Below, one piece after another: positions 50,541 through 58,223 of a stretch of 64,000 nt of DNA. Location of the stretch: NCBI GenBank assembly GCA_007376295.1, contig VMGB01000001.1, positions 285,969 through 349,968 on the forward strand, read 5' to 3'. The translations under genes were made by a program, and so were the position numbers. The DNA comes from Parcubacteria group bacterium Gr01-1014_13 (GTDB taxonomy: Bacteria > Patescibacteriota > Patescibacteriia > Magasanikbacterales > GWA2-37-8). The stretch's first letter is position 1; every line of letters begins with the position of its first letter. The notes beneath the pieces were generated by a model. It saw nothing but the letters and a program-made list of their open reading frames with translations, made no database searches and was not told the origin of the DNA.

Positions 50541-51474
50541 TGTTAGTTAATTTCAAAAAGATATGTTCCAGAGATGCGGCTTCAGAACGGATTGATTTTA
50601 AATTATGATTATAATGACTGGTAAGCTTGGCCATATCCGTGGCCAAATTCGTAGTGATGGGATATTCATACTCCACACCTACCTCAACAACTCCGGCTAG
50701 TGGAGCTACTGAGCGATCGAATAATTCAAAATGGATGCTGTTTTTAGAAAATTCTTGCTGAATACCTTTTAATTTTCCGCTTTTGATAACATGGCCATGG
50801 TCTATAAGTGTAATAGAATCACAAAGCTGTTCAGCTTCTTCCAAGTAATGCGTAGTAAAAACAATGGTTGTGCCTTCGTCGTTTAGACGACGAACTAAAC
50901 TCCAAATTTTTTGACGCAAACTTACATCCACCCCGGCGCTTGGTTCGTCTAAAATCAAAAGTTTAGGTTTGTGTAAAATTGCTTTAGCGATCATCAGCCG
51001 GCGTTTCATACCTCCGGAAAGACTACGGGCCTTTTCATGGATTTTGTCGGCCAAGCCTAAATCTTCGAGCACAGCTTTTATACGCTCTTTACGTTCATGT
51101 CTAGGCACGCCATACATTCCGCAGAAATAATATAAAACTTCTTCTACAGTAAAAGCCATTTCCATCACAATTTCTTGAGGAACTACACCGATAAGCTGTT
51201 TGGTTTTGTTGGCGTCTTTTTTCACATCCAAACCAAAGACTTCGATATTACCATCATTTGCCAACAAAATGCCGCTAATCATGTTTATGAGAGTCGACTT
51301 CCCTGCCCCGTTAGGACCCAGTAGACCAAAAATTTTTCCCGGTTCAATATCCAAAGAAACACCATCTACGGCTTTAAATTCCTGACCTTTGGAATTCTTA
51401 AAAATTTTAGTAACGTTATTTACGCGAAGTGGTAACATATTCATAAAACAACCGATAGTTAGTGGTAAGAACAA
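50530..51474 (-). CDS. ABC transporter ATP-binding protein
   Basis: Walker A GPNGAGKST, signature LSGGMKRR, Walker B LLILDEP. Confidence 0.85.
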   Translation of the reverse strand: MFLPLTIGCFMNMLPLRVNNVTKIFKNSKGQEFKAVDGVSLDIEPGKIFGLLGPNGAGKSTLINMISGILLANDGNIEVFGLDVKKDANKTKQLIGVVPQEIVMEMAFTVEEVLYYFCGMYGVPRHERKERIKAVLEDLGLADKIHEKARSLSGGMKRRLMIAKAILHKPKLLILDEPSAGVDVSLRQKIWSLVRRLNDEGTTIVFTTHYLEEAEQLCDSITLIDHGHVIKSGKLKGIQQEFSKNSIHFELFDRSVAPLAGVVEVGVEYEYPITTNLATDMAKLTSHYNHNLKSIRSEAASLEHIFLKLTNNGS

Positions 51475-51823
51475 GCCAATAAAAACCGTGCCTCAAATCT
51501 ATAAGTCCATAAAAATTAAATGGGTTGGCGCTGTAATCCCAAAAACGATAGTCTAATAGTGCCAGGGAAAGAATACCGCTTGCAAGTTCTAACGCTATAC
51601 ACATGGCTACTCCCCCAATTACGCTCCACAGAAACGATATGTTAGCAGAACTAAAGAATAAATACAATATCACCGCCCCTATGCCAAAGATAATAGAAAA
51701 AAATGGCACCAGTGTCCCGGGAGCATAATACCCGACAAGCCAAGAACGATAGGTTGTATCTATCAACCAACCAAACATCCCTCCAATGGCGAAAATAATC
51801 GGATATAAAAATTTTCGTTGCAT
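51416..51823 (-). CDS. Hypothetical membrane protein (4 TM)
   Basis: 135-aa hydrophobic ORF. Confidence 0.45.
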   Translation of the reverse strand: MQRKFLYPIIFAIGGMFGWLIDTTYRSWLVGYYAPGTLVPFFSIIFGIGAVILYLFFSSANISFLWSVIGGVAMCIALELASGILSLALLDYRFWDYSANPFNFYGLIDLRHGFYWLVLTTNYRLFYEYVTTSRK

Positions 51824-51824
51824 G

Positions 51825-52376
51825 TTATGATTTTATCCCCGCTATGACTAATTTTGCGCGTGGATCCTTTACGCTGTTGCGTAGCTCTTTCCAAGGATAC
51901 AATGGCCAGGCAGTAATTGTGCGGGCACAATAATCTGGCTTGAATTTCGACCATGGCTGCTGATAGAGTACGGCATATTTCACTTGCCGCGGATGTTTTG
52001 TTTTTAAATACTTACTTACTAAATTTAAAGTCTCTCCAGATACGGTCATTTCATCTACCACTAAAATTTTTAAACCCTTCAGACTGCGTTTGATACGCTG
52101 AGAAAGAACCGGCTGGCTGCGCAAATCTTGGGCGCTATCATTGGATTGGGTTTTAGAAAAATCCGCTTTTATTACGTACAACTGCTTGTTGCCCAAGCAA
52201 TATGAAATCATGGCTGCCGGAATTAGACCGGAACGCGCCAAAGAAATAATTACATCGGGTTTAAAATTATTCTTGGCCATGGCTTGGACAATATGAAGCG
52301 TATCGCGCTCCACATCTTCCCAGGTGATTTTTATTTCACCTTTATTTTTCTTATAAAATTTATGGGCAACGGACAT
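51825..52376 (-). CDS. Phosphoribosyltransferase (purine PRTase-like)
   Basis: PRPP-binding motif ILVVDEMTVSGETL. 183 aa. Confidence 0.7.
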   Translation of the reverse strand: MSVAHKFYKKNKGEIKITWEDVERDTLHIVQAMAKNNFKPDVIISLARSGLIPAAMISYCLGNKQLYVIKADFSKTQSNDSAQDLRSQPVLSQRIKRSLKGLKILVVDEMTVSGETLNLVSKYLKTKHPRQVKYAVLYQQPWSKFKPDYCARTITAWPLYPWKELRNSVKDPRAKLVIAGIKS

Positions 52377-52377
52377 A

Positions 52378-53130
52378 TCATTTTTTAGGATTTTCTGCGG
52401 CTAACTGTTTAACCTTTTGTAAAATAAAACTAGGCAGCTCTTCTGGATTAGCCAAACCAATTTTTTCAGCAAGTTCTTTTTGTATTTCTTCGGTACTACT
52501 CACCCATTTGTCCAAAAAATCGCTTTCATCGGCTAACTTTGGATAACGTTTTAACACACCATCGCGTTTAATCTTTACATCAACCAAATTCGTACCTTCG
52601 GTTATGTTATCTATATAGAACATCATTTTCTGCAACAAACTTACATTTTCTTTTTCCAGAATATCAATATCTGCTATAGAACCGATAATATCAATAATTT
52701 CCGGTTTAATTCCGTTTTTTCGCAGGGTTTCCTTGCTTACCGATTTAAATTTTTCTGAAGCTTCGGAAACTTTTCCTGATTGCCCCCTTATCGTTTCTAT
52801 TTCAAGTCTTTTATCAAAATCATGTAAGATAGCGGCTTGAATTAAAGTTTTTTTATCTTCTTCAGACAAACCCAATAAATCCGATAACGCATCGGCTGCG
52901 CCGGCTTCAGCCAAGCAGTGCCTGATAACATTGGACCAATCTTCTTGGCCGCTAGATCCTATATTTTTTACTATCTGTTCCGGAGATAAATTCTTTAGGC
53001 TTGGCAAATGTCCGCTTTCACCATGTAATTTAATTAAATTTAAATGACGCAAAGCGAGATTGGCAAAATACCGGCGAAGCTCTGTGTCGTTGGCATATTC
53101 CTCAGAATAATTTGGCTGGTTTTCTTTCAT
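52378..53130 (-). CDS. HD-domain phosphohydrolase-like protein
   Basis: AAILHDFDK HD motif. 250 aa. Confidence 0.55.
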   Translation of the reverse strand: MKENQPNYSEEYANDTELRRYFANLALRHLNLIKLHGESGHLPSLKNLSPEQIVKNIGSSGQEDWSNVIRHCLAEAGAADALSDLLGLSEEDKKTLIQAAILHDFDKRLEIETIRGQSGKVSEASEKFKSVSKETLRKNGIKPEIIDIIGSIADIDILEKENVSLLQKMMFYIDNITEGTNLVDVKIKRDGVLKRYPKLADESDFLDKWVSSTEEIQKELAEKIGLANPEELPSFILQKVKQLAAENPKK

Positions 53131-53162
53131 AAAAAATTTAAAATCTATCTCCTTAGACTATC

Positions 53163-53197
53163 AAAAAACAAGGTTTTTTACAACCTTGTTTTTTTGG
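53163..53197. terminator. Terminator (AACAAGGTT-TTTTAC-AACCTTGTT flanked by A6/T7)
   Basis: 9-bp stem. Follows the membrane-protein gene ending at 53210. Confidence 0.55.
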
Positions 53198-53209
53198 GTA
53201 ATATATAAA

Positions 53210-53626
53210 TTATAACCAAGCGCCGATTATAGCGCCGGCAGCGAGCAAGGTAACTAGCATGTTCATACTTGTCAACCAAAACATTGTTTTGTTTCCACCC
53301 CAAGCGACATCGCCAATTTTTATTGGTAAAACAAAGCCAAGCCACATAATCAATCCGGCCATCGCGCCTTTATCCCAGCCAAATTGCTCAAAACCGACAA
53401 TTATCCCGGCCAATACATAAAACATCAGCAAACTGGCCAAAAATTGCCCCACATAGCTCATCCACATCGTTTTCTTCATCCCTGCTTGCTGTTCTGGAGT
53501 CAATTTGTCCATGCCGCTGACAGCCATAAACTTTTTACCAAACAAAGGACCGTACCAAATACTGCCGATAACCATAGAAGCGACTGCGGCAGCTAATACT
53601 GCCAAATAGTTGATGTTTGCCCACAT
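53210..53626 (-). CDS. Small multi-pass membrane protein (DUF1761-like?)
   Basis: 138 aa, 4 TM. Confidence 0.45.
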   Translation of the reverse strand: MWANINYLAVLAAAVASMVIGSIWYGPLFGKKFMAVSGMDKLTPEQQAGMKKTMWMSYVGQFLASLLMFYVLAGIIVGFEQFGWDKGAMAGLIMWLGFVLPIKIGDVAWGGNKTMFWLTSMNMLVTLLAAGAIIGAWL

Positions 53627-53668
53627 ATATTATATAAATTAATAGTTAAACACTTAAACTATTATAGC

Positions 53669-53700
53669 AAAAAACAAGATTGATTACAATCTTGTTTTCG
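53669..53700 (-). terminator. Terminator of the three-gene module (AACAAGATTG-ATTA-CAATCTTGTT + T6 on the − strand)
   Basis: Perfect 10-bp stem 58 nt past the stop of the last gene. Confidence 0.6.
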
Positions 53701-53757
53701 GTCTGTGCAGGCTTGGTGGGACGCGCTTGGAGTTTATTTGGCTATTCCAACCTAAAT

Positions 53758-54477
53758 TTAAGAAGCTATTTTTATAACCGGTCTCCAGATACCGTTTAAC
53801 CGCTCAATACCCCAAAAATAATCTTTATTTGTTGTAGAATTTCCTTCGATAATCATTGCTACTATTTCTGCCTTTACCTCAACATTTTTAACACCGAGTT
53901 TAAAATTTTTAATCCCAAACCCTGCATAGCCAAGTCTTAACTCTTTGTCTAAGCAGTGTACCTGTTTTCCCGAACTTGAATTTCTTCCAACATAAACTGT
54001 ATTAGTTGCCACATCACCAAAAACCATAACGCCGTCTGGAATAACTGCACCGGCCTCATAAATAGCGTCCCATTGTTCCAATTTAAAACCCTTTGATTTT
54101 AAACCATTAACAATTTGACCAGAAAAATTTGATGTTTCATCAGATACGCTAGAGGTCAACCCGTTAGAGTTGACTACCGCAACAACTTCGTAGTTTTTGT
54201 TTATTTTTTTTGAACACTTTACGATTTCGTCTAGTAAAGTGTTATCTACTTGTCTTTCTTGATTACCAATATAAGTATTATTTTCTACTTTATTCCCTGC
54301 CACATTATCACCAGACCCATAGCTATTCTGTTCGCTAACCTTGTTACCGCTGAAATTTAAAATTTTATTTCCAACAAAAAACCACCCAATAATTGCTAAA
54401 ATTATCGTAACAATTATTGATAATAAACCAATTTTTTTATTTGTGAGCCACTTATTAAAATCTGACATAATTTGCAT
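53758..54477 (-). CDS. Hypothetical protein with one N-terminal TM helix and a ~200-aa C-terminal domain. Module gene 3
   Basis: IGLLSIIVTIILAIIGWFFVG anchor. Gly/Asn-rich linker. No family recognised. Confidence 0.5.
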   Translation of the reverse strand: MQIMSDFNKWLTNKKIGLLSIIVTIILAIIGWFFVGNKILNFSGNKVSEQNSYGSGDNVAGNKVENNTYIGNQERQVDNTLLDEIVKCSKKINKNYEVVAVVNSNGLTSSVSDETSNFSGQIVNGLKSKGFKLEQWDAIYEAGAVIPDGVMVFGDVATNTVYVGRNSSSGKQVHCLDKELRLGYAGFGIKNFKLGVKNVEVKAEIVAMIIEGNSTTNKDYFWGIERLNGIWRPVIKIAS

Positions 54478-54518
54478 CGGGGATACGAAAAATTACGAGG
54501 GGAATTTACGGGATAGGA

Positions 54519-54555
54519 CGGGCGGAAGGAGGGGTTGAGGGAGGAATTCCGCCCG
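54519..54555. repeat. GC/G-tract-rich hairpin (CGGGCGGAA[GGAGGGGTTGAGGGAGGAA]TTCCGCCCG) in the intergenic gap between module genes 2 and 3
   Basis: 9-bp GC stem with a G-tract loop containing an embedded GAATTC. Strikingly GC-rich for this genome. Confidence 0.4.
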
Positions 54556-54596
54556 CCCACTGGCGCACTTTTTACGATTTCAAGTTTTTTTCATGA

Positions 54597-56141
54597 TCAA
54601 GCCTTTGATGGTACTGGTCTGGGAGAAATATCAATGTTGTAATATAGCAATTTTTGAAATTGTTTATTCTTTTTTTTAATTTTTTCTTCTGCCTCAAAAA
54701 TTTCACCCTTTATTTCATCAATACGTAAAGAGTCATTTCTCTCCTTTGCTTTTCCGGATTTATAATGTTGAGATGTTAAATAAACTGCATAACTTGCTTT
54801 TTCTCCTATCGCATAAATTGGCAATTGTCTAGAAATACCGTGTAAATAAGCTGGAATTTTCGGCTCTTCTCCGGTCAGTGCGTCATTACATAAATTTTTA
54901 AGTTCAATTACGATTCTACAAGATCCTTTGATTAATCGAAAATCGATATACCCTCGCCCAGTCTTTACTTCTGTGTCAAAAGTCGTGTCGGGGTAATGTT
55001 GGAAAAAGGAATACGCCATACCATGAAGAAGTCGCCCTACAACAACTTCTTTGCAGTGACCAGAATTAGCTGTGCGTTTTTTTTTCCACATTCGATTCCA
55101 CCCACCTTTATACTCCATGTAGTGATTAAAACTTTCCAAAAAATTAAACAGCAAATCTTTTAAATCGGAACAGCTGTTAACTTCCTTTTTTTCTGTATTT
55201 TTAAAATAATTTTTGAAATTTTTAACAGCAAGAAACTGAAGAAGATCCATTACAAAATTGTACTCACCAGGGTCCTGTCTTTCAACCAACTCAAGATACC
55301 GTCTAATCAAACTATTTTCATCTTCCATTGCAGCATAAATTTCTTTCATCTCTATTTCATCCAAACTTTTGGTAACTATGTTTACAAAACGTTCTTTTAA
55401 AATCACGTCGTCTTTAAGGATTCCAACAATTTTACTCTTCGCGCTATCAGCGCTCGTAATAGTTTGAGCTCGCAAAAATCTTTTAGGTACTAAAATAATA
55501 GCTTCTCCGTTAAATGGGTTTCTTGGTAATTCCTCGTAGACACCTCCTGTCCATTGGAACTCTTTAAAATCAAATTGCTCTCTTACCGGTAATTCAACTC
55601 TAGGAACTCCTAATTTATCGCACTGTTCTTTTGTATATTTAATTAGGTAATCCATCAATAGGCCTGCGGAAAGATCGCTTATACCATCTGGTCCGAGCTG
55701 ATCACCAATAATGGAAAATATGGCTGGGTTAATTTGATTATCTGGGTAATTTTTTTCATCAGCGAGCTGTTTCACTAGCGTACGTTCTAAATAAAATTTA
55801 GTTATAGCGTCCGCAAACCGCTCACCTAGCCCAGCTCCTTTATTTGAACCTTCTGTATAACCAAGATAAATTTCTTTTGGCTCTTTGAACTTAAAAAATC
55901 TTTTTAATTTTATATATTCATCCGGAGTGCCTTTTGTGGTTAGAGATAGTTCATAAGCTCTTTTAAAAAAAATATTAAACCTATTAAAAAGATCTCTCTC
56001 TTCTTTTTTCCTACTCCTTTTAATTAGGAACGGGTCAATAAAAAGCGCTGAATCATACTTCAAATTTGTATCAAAAAAATCCAGGTCTTCTTCTTTGGCC
56101 CTTATACCAAATACTTGTGTAAAATGGATTGATGATGACAT
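54597..56141 (-). CDS. Uncharacterised 514-aa protein whose C-terminal region carries a PD-(D/E)xK-like nuclease signature (GYIDFRLIKGSCRIVIELK). Module gene 2
   Basis: A hydrophobic-D ... x13 ... hydrophobic-ELK arrangement near aa 385-405. The large N-terminal region matches no domain I recognise. Confidence 0.55.
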   Translation of the reverse strand: MSSSIHFTQVFGIRAKEEDLDFFDTNLKYDSALFIDPFLIKRSRKKEERDLFNRFNIFFKRAYELSLTTKGTPDEYIKLKRFFKFKEPKEIYLGYTEGSNKGAGLGERFADAITKFYLERTLVKQLADEKNYPDNQINPAIFSIIGDQLGPDGISDLSAGLLMDYLIKYTKEQCDKLGVPRVELPVREQFDFKEFQWTGGVYEELPRNPFNGEAIILVPKRFLRAQTITSADSAKSKIVGILKDDVILKERFVNIVTKSLDEIEMKEIYAAMEDENSLIRRYLELVERQDPGEYNFVMDLLQFLAVKNFKNYFKNTEKKEVNSCSDLKDLLFNFLESFNHYMEYKGGWNRMWKKKRTANSGHCKEVVVGRLLHGMAYSFFQHYPDTTFDTEVKTGRGYIDFRLIKGSCRIVIELKNLCNDALTGEEPKIPAYLHGISRQLPIYAIGEKASYAVYLTSQHYKSGKAKERNDSLRIDEIKGEIFEAEEKIKKKNKQFQKLLYYNIDISPRPVPSKA

Positions 56142-56178
56142 TTTATAGATTATTCAAAAGGGGTTGGAACCGAACTAA

Positions 56179-56541
56179 CTATTTGAATTTTTTAAAGTAG
56201 TCAGGATTTGCCATGGCTACCATTAAGACATTGTCAAAACTATATCGACCATACCCAAAGGTCTCTTCCTCAAAATTTTCTCCTTCTTCCAACTTTATAT
56301 ATTTAATATAATCAAGTATTGAATTAATTAATTTACCTCGAAATTCAATTTGAGCCTTGAACCCTTCTAAACCAAGTTCGTCTGAGTTTGTACGATTAAA
56401 TTGTTTCATGTGAGAAGCCATCTGATCGGCCTTAACATACACTTGCAACCACAAATGTTTTATTACAGTTTCCCAACGAAAGGTACGTTCTACCCATTTA
56501 ATTATAAAAATCGCCAAAATTATTATTACTAGATACCACAT
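56179..56541 (-). CDS. Small protein with an N-terminal TM helix (120 aa). Module gene 1
   Basis: MWYLVIIILAIFIIKWV anchor. TATAAT box 12 nt upstream of the start, giving a near-leaderless mRNA. Confidence 0.5.
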   Translation of the reverse strand: MWYLVIIILAIFIIKWVERTFRWETVIKHLWLQVYVKADQMASHMKQFNRTNSDELGLEGFKAQIEFRGKLINSILDYIKYIKLEEGENFEEETFGYGRYSFDNVLMVAMANPDYFKKFK

Positions 56542-56585
56542 ATTAATTGTAAATTATACCCGATTTTGGGGGATTTACGACAGTG

Positions 56586-56658
56586 CAGGCCCGCTCGGAT
56601 TCGAACCGAGAACCGCGGTTTTGGAGACCGCTGTTTTACCATTGAAACTACGGGCCTA
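56586..56658 (-). tRNA. tRNA-Trp(CCA)
   Basis: Reverse complement AGGCCCGTAGTTTCAATGGTAAAACAGCGGTCTCCAAAACCGCGGTTCTCGGTTCGAATCCGAGCGGGCCT. Anticodon loop CTCCAAA. Confidence 0.85.
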
Positions 56659-56705
56659 AGAATAAACCCCGCCCGGAAAACTTTTCGGCGCGGGGCTTAT
56701 TTGTT

Positions 56706-56861
56706 TTACTTTGTTTCTTTGTGTTCGGTGTGCTTCTTGCAAAACTTACAAAATTTTTCCAGTTCCAATCGGTTCTTTAGAACCTTTTTGTTCTTGCTGG
56801 TAAAATAATTTGTGCGTTTGCATTCTTTGCACTCCATCTTCACCATGTTGTCTTGTGACAT
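56706..56861 (-). CDS. rpmG: 50S ribosomal protein L33
   Basis: Hand translation [51 protein letters not shown] (Cys4 L33 signature). Absent from the ORF track because it is under 60 aa. A GC-rich terminator follows. Confidence 0.85.
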   Translation of the reverse strand: MSQDNMVKMECKECKRTNYFTSKNKKVLKNRLELEKFCKFCKKHTEHKETK

Positions 56862-56911
56862 ATGTTTATTTAATTTTAAATTCTTCGCGACACAATATAG
56901 TATGCCGTTTG

Positions 56912-57171
56912 AGCCGTTGTCGGGATTTGAACCCGAGACCTTTTCCTTCGCTTACACCTCTAGTTTAAATTAGAGGACTAGACTGTATCTTGAGCATGCC
57001 CTTTCGAGTTTAGCTCCCCTTGTCAGTCGTTCGGGCGTATTCACGCCACGGTCTTGACCAATATTATGGCTTTTAACCGTAATTCGGGTGACATTGCAAG
57101 ATTTCCCTTGCAATGGGCAGGAGTCACTGCGACCCACCATGGAAATGCTCTACCAACTGAGCTACAACGGC
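56912..57171 (-). tRNA. tRNA-Thr(GGT), tentative anticodon, interrupted after position 36 by a ~187-nt group-I-like intron
   Basis: Exon 1 GCCGTTGTAGCTCAGTTGGTAGAGCATTTCCATGGT (57171-57136), exon 2 AAGGAAAAGGTCTCGGGTTCAAATCCCGACAACGGCT (56948-56912). Together they form a canonical cloverleaf. Confidence 0.65.
56949..57135 (-). ncRNA. Group I intron-like insert in tRNA-Thr(GGT): R-like CGAACGACTGACAAGG, S element AAGATACAGTCTAG, 3' terminal G
   Basis: The 5' exon ends in U. The intron ends ...GTGTAAGCG followed by AA of the anticodon loop. GACTG/CAGTC pair as P7. Confidence 0.55.
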
Positions 57172-57194
57172 ATTGTGTTTTTTCTTTTTACCTG

Positions 57195-57468
57195 TGGGCA
57201 GACTAGGATTCGAACCTAGGAAGGCGTAGCCAGCTGATTTCACTAATCCAAAAGTTTCCTTATGGCGTGGACTATATCTTTACCCATATAGGGTACTCTG
57301 GTATCTAGTCTCTACGGCGCTCCCTATCCGCGGCGGATAAGGTTCCCACGGTATTAGCATAGCCCTTGCTTTAGCTTTCACCGTTATCCCAGAGAGTTCA
57401 TCCCAAGGTTACCCTTGAGAGCTGCATTTTCTACAGTCAGCCCCGTTTGACCGCTTCGGTATCTGCCC
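57195..57468 (-). tRNA. tRNA-Tyr(GTA), type II with a long variable arm, interrupted between anticodon nt 35 and 36 by a ~192-nt group-I-like intron
   Basis: Exon 1 GGGCAGATACCGAAGCGGTCAAACGGGGCTGACTGT (57468-57433), exon 2 AAATCAGCTGGCTACGCCTTCCTAGGTTCGAATCCTAGTCTGCCCA (57240-57195). Spliced loop reads CTGTAAA. Confidence 0.7.
57241..57432 (-). ncRNA. Group I intron-like insert in tRNA-Tyr: R element CCGTAGAGACTAGATACC, S element AAAGATATAGTCCACGCC, 3' terminal G
   Basis: Near-consensus group I R (..AGAGACTA..) and S (AAGATATAGTCC) elements. The upstream exon ends in U. Confidence 0.6.
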
Positions 57469-57474
57469 ATCTTA

Positions 57475-58137
57475 CTACAAAGTGTTTACCAAACTATGGC
57501 AAAGTGATAAAATTTTCTCTAAAAGTTTTTTATCGCTATAGCGCACATGAATAACACCGTAAGGCATTGATCTTTTGCCTCTGTTGAAAATTGAACGCAC
57601 ATATGGTTTCGTAAACTGATTTCGTTCAACATTCAACTGAAGCGACCAATATTTAATCAAAGCATTCTGATCCTGATCTGAAAAACAATATAGATATAAT
57701 CGCAATCGTTTCTCGTCTATACGACAAATTGTTCTTAAAAACTTTAAAAACAATTTAGCTACTCGAGTATCTGAATTTGCAAAATCAACCGTAACGGATG
57801 TCTTTGCTCCTTCGCCATAATATAGCATAATTGCCGCGATCAAAAGCTCACGTTCTTTCACTGAGAGATTTTCTTTAAAGCGAAAAGATAAAGGTTTTCT
57901 CTCAAAAAGAATTCTGTTTTGTTCCCACATACTCTTGCGTGGTATTTGGTGACGGCGAAGAGAACCGTATATCTGTTTTAAAGATAATTTTAACTTGATG
58001 GAGATTTCTCTCCCTGTCATACCTTGATTGTACAAGTCTTTCACCAAGAATTCCTGTTTATTGGTAATTGTTTTTTTAGGCATAAACAAATGGCGTATAG
58101 CCAATTGTAGTATACCATATAATTTGTAAACGAACAA
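57475..58137 (-). CDS. Free-standing ORF inside the tRNA array: N-terminal helix-turn-helix plus a C-terminal region with a degenerate LAGLIDADG-like stretch (LLIAAIMLYYGEGAKTS). Possible homing-endonuclease-like protein
   Basis: 220-aa ORF between tRNA-Thr(TGT) and the intron-bearing tRNA-Tyr. HTH LVKDLYNQGMTGREISIKLKLSLKQIY. Confidence 0.45.
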   Translation of the reverse strand: MFVYKLYGILQLAIRHLFMPKKTITNKQEFLVKDLYNQGMTGREISIKLKLSLKQIYGSLRRHQIPRKSMWEQNRILFERKPLSFRFKENLSVKERELLIAAIMLYYGEGAKTSVTVDFANSDTRVAKLFLKFLRTICRIDEKRLRLYLYCFSDQDQNALIKYWSLQLNVERNQFTKPYVRSIFNRGKRSMPYGVIHVRYSDKKLLEKILSLCHSLVNTL

Positions 58138-58142
58138 AATGC

Positions 58143-58220
58143 TGGAGCCGTCTCGGGGGCTCGAACCCCGGACCCACAGTTTACAAAACTGTTGCTCTAC
58201 CAGCTGAGCTAAGACGGCGC
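58143..58220 (-). tRNA. tRNA-Thr(TGT), CCA encoded
   Basis: Reverse complement GCGCCGTCTTAGCTCAGCTGGTAGAGCAACAGTTTTGTAAACTGTGGGTCCGGGGTTCGAGCCCCCGAGACGGCTCCA. Confidence 0.85.
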
Positions 58221-58223
58221 TTA

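Noticed and set aside
56179-56541. Could the 120-aa TM protein after tRNA-Trp be SecE (expected from rpmG-secE-nusG synteny)?
   Set aside because: Its single TM helix is at the extreme N-terminus, with a long soluble C-terminal tail. This is the reverse of the SecE architecture, and no nusG follows.
56566-56808. 80-aa + strand ORF
   Set aside because: It overlaps tRNA-Trp (56586-56658) and runs antisense through rpmG, so it is spurious.
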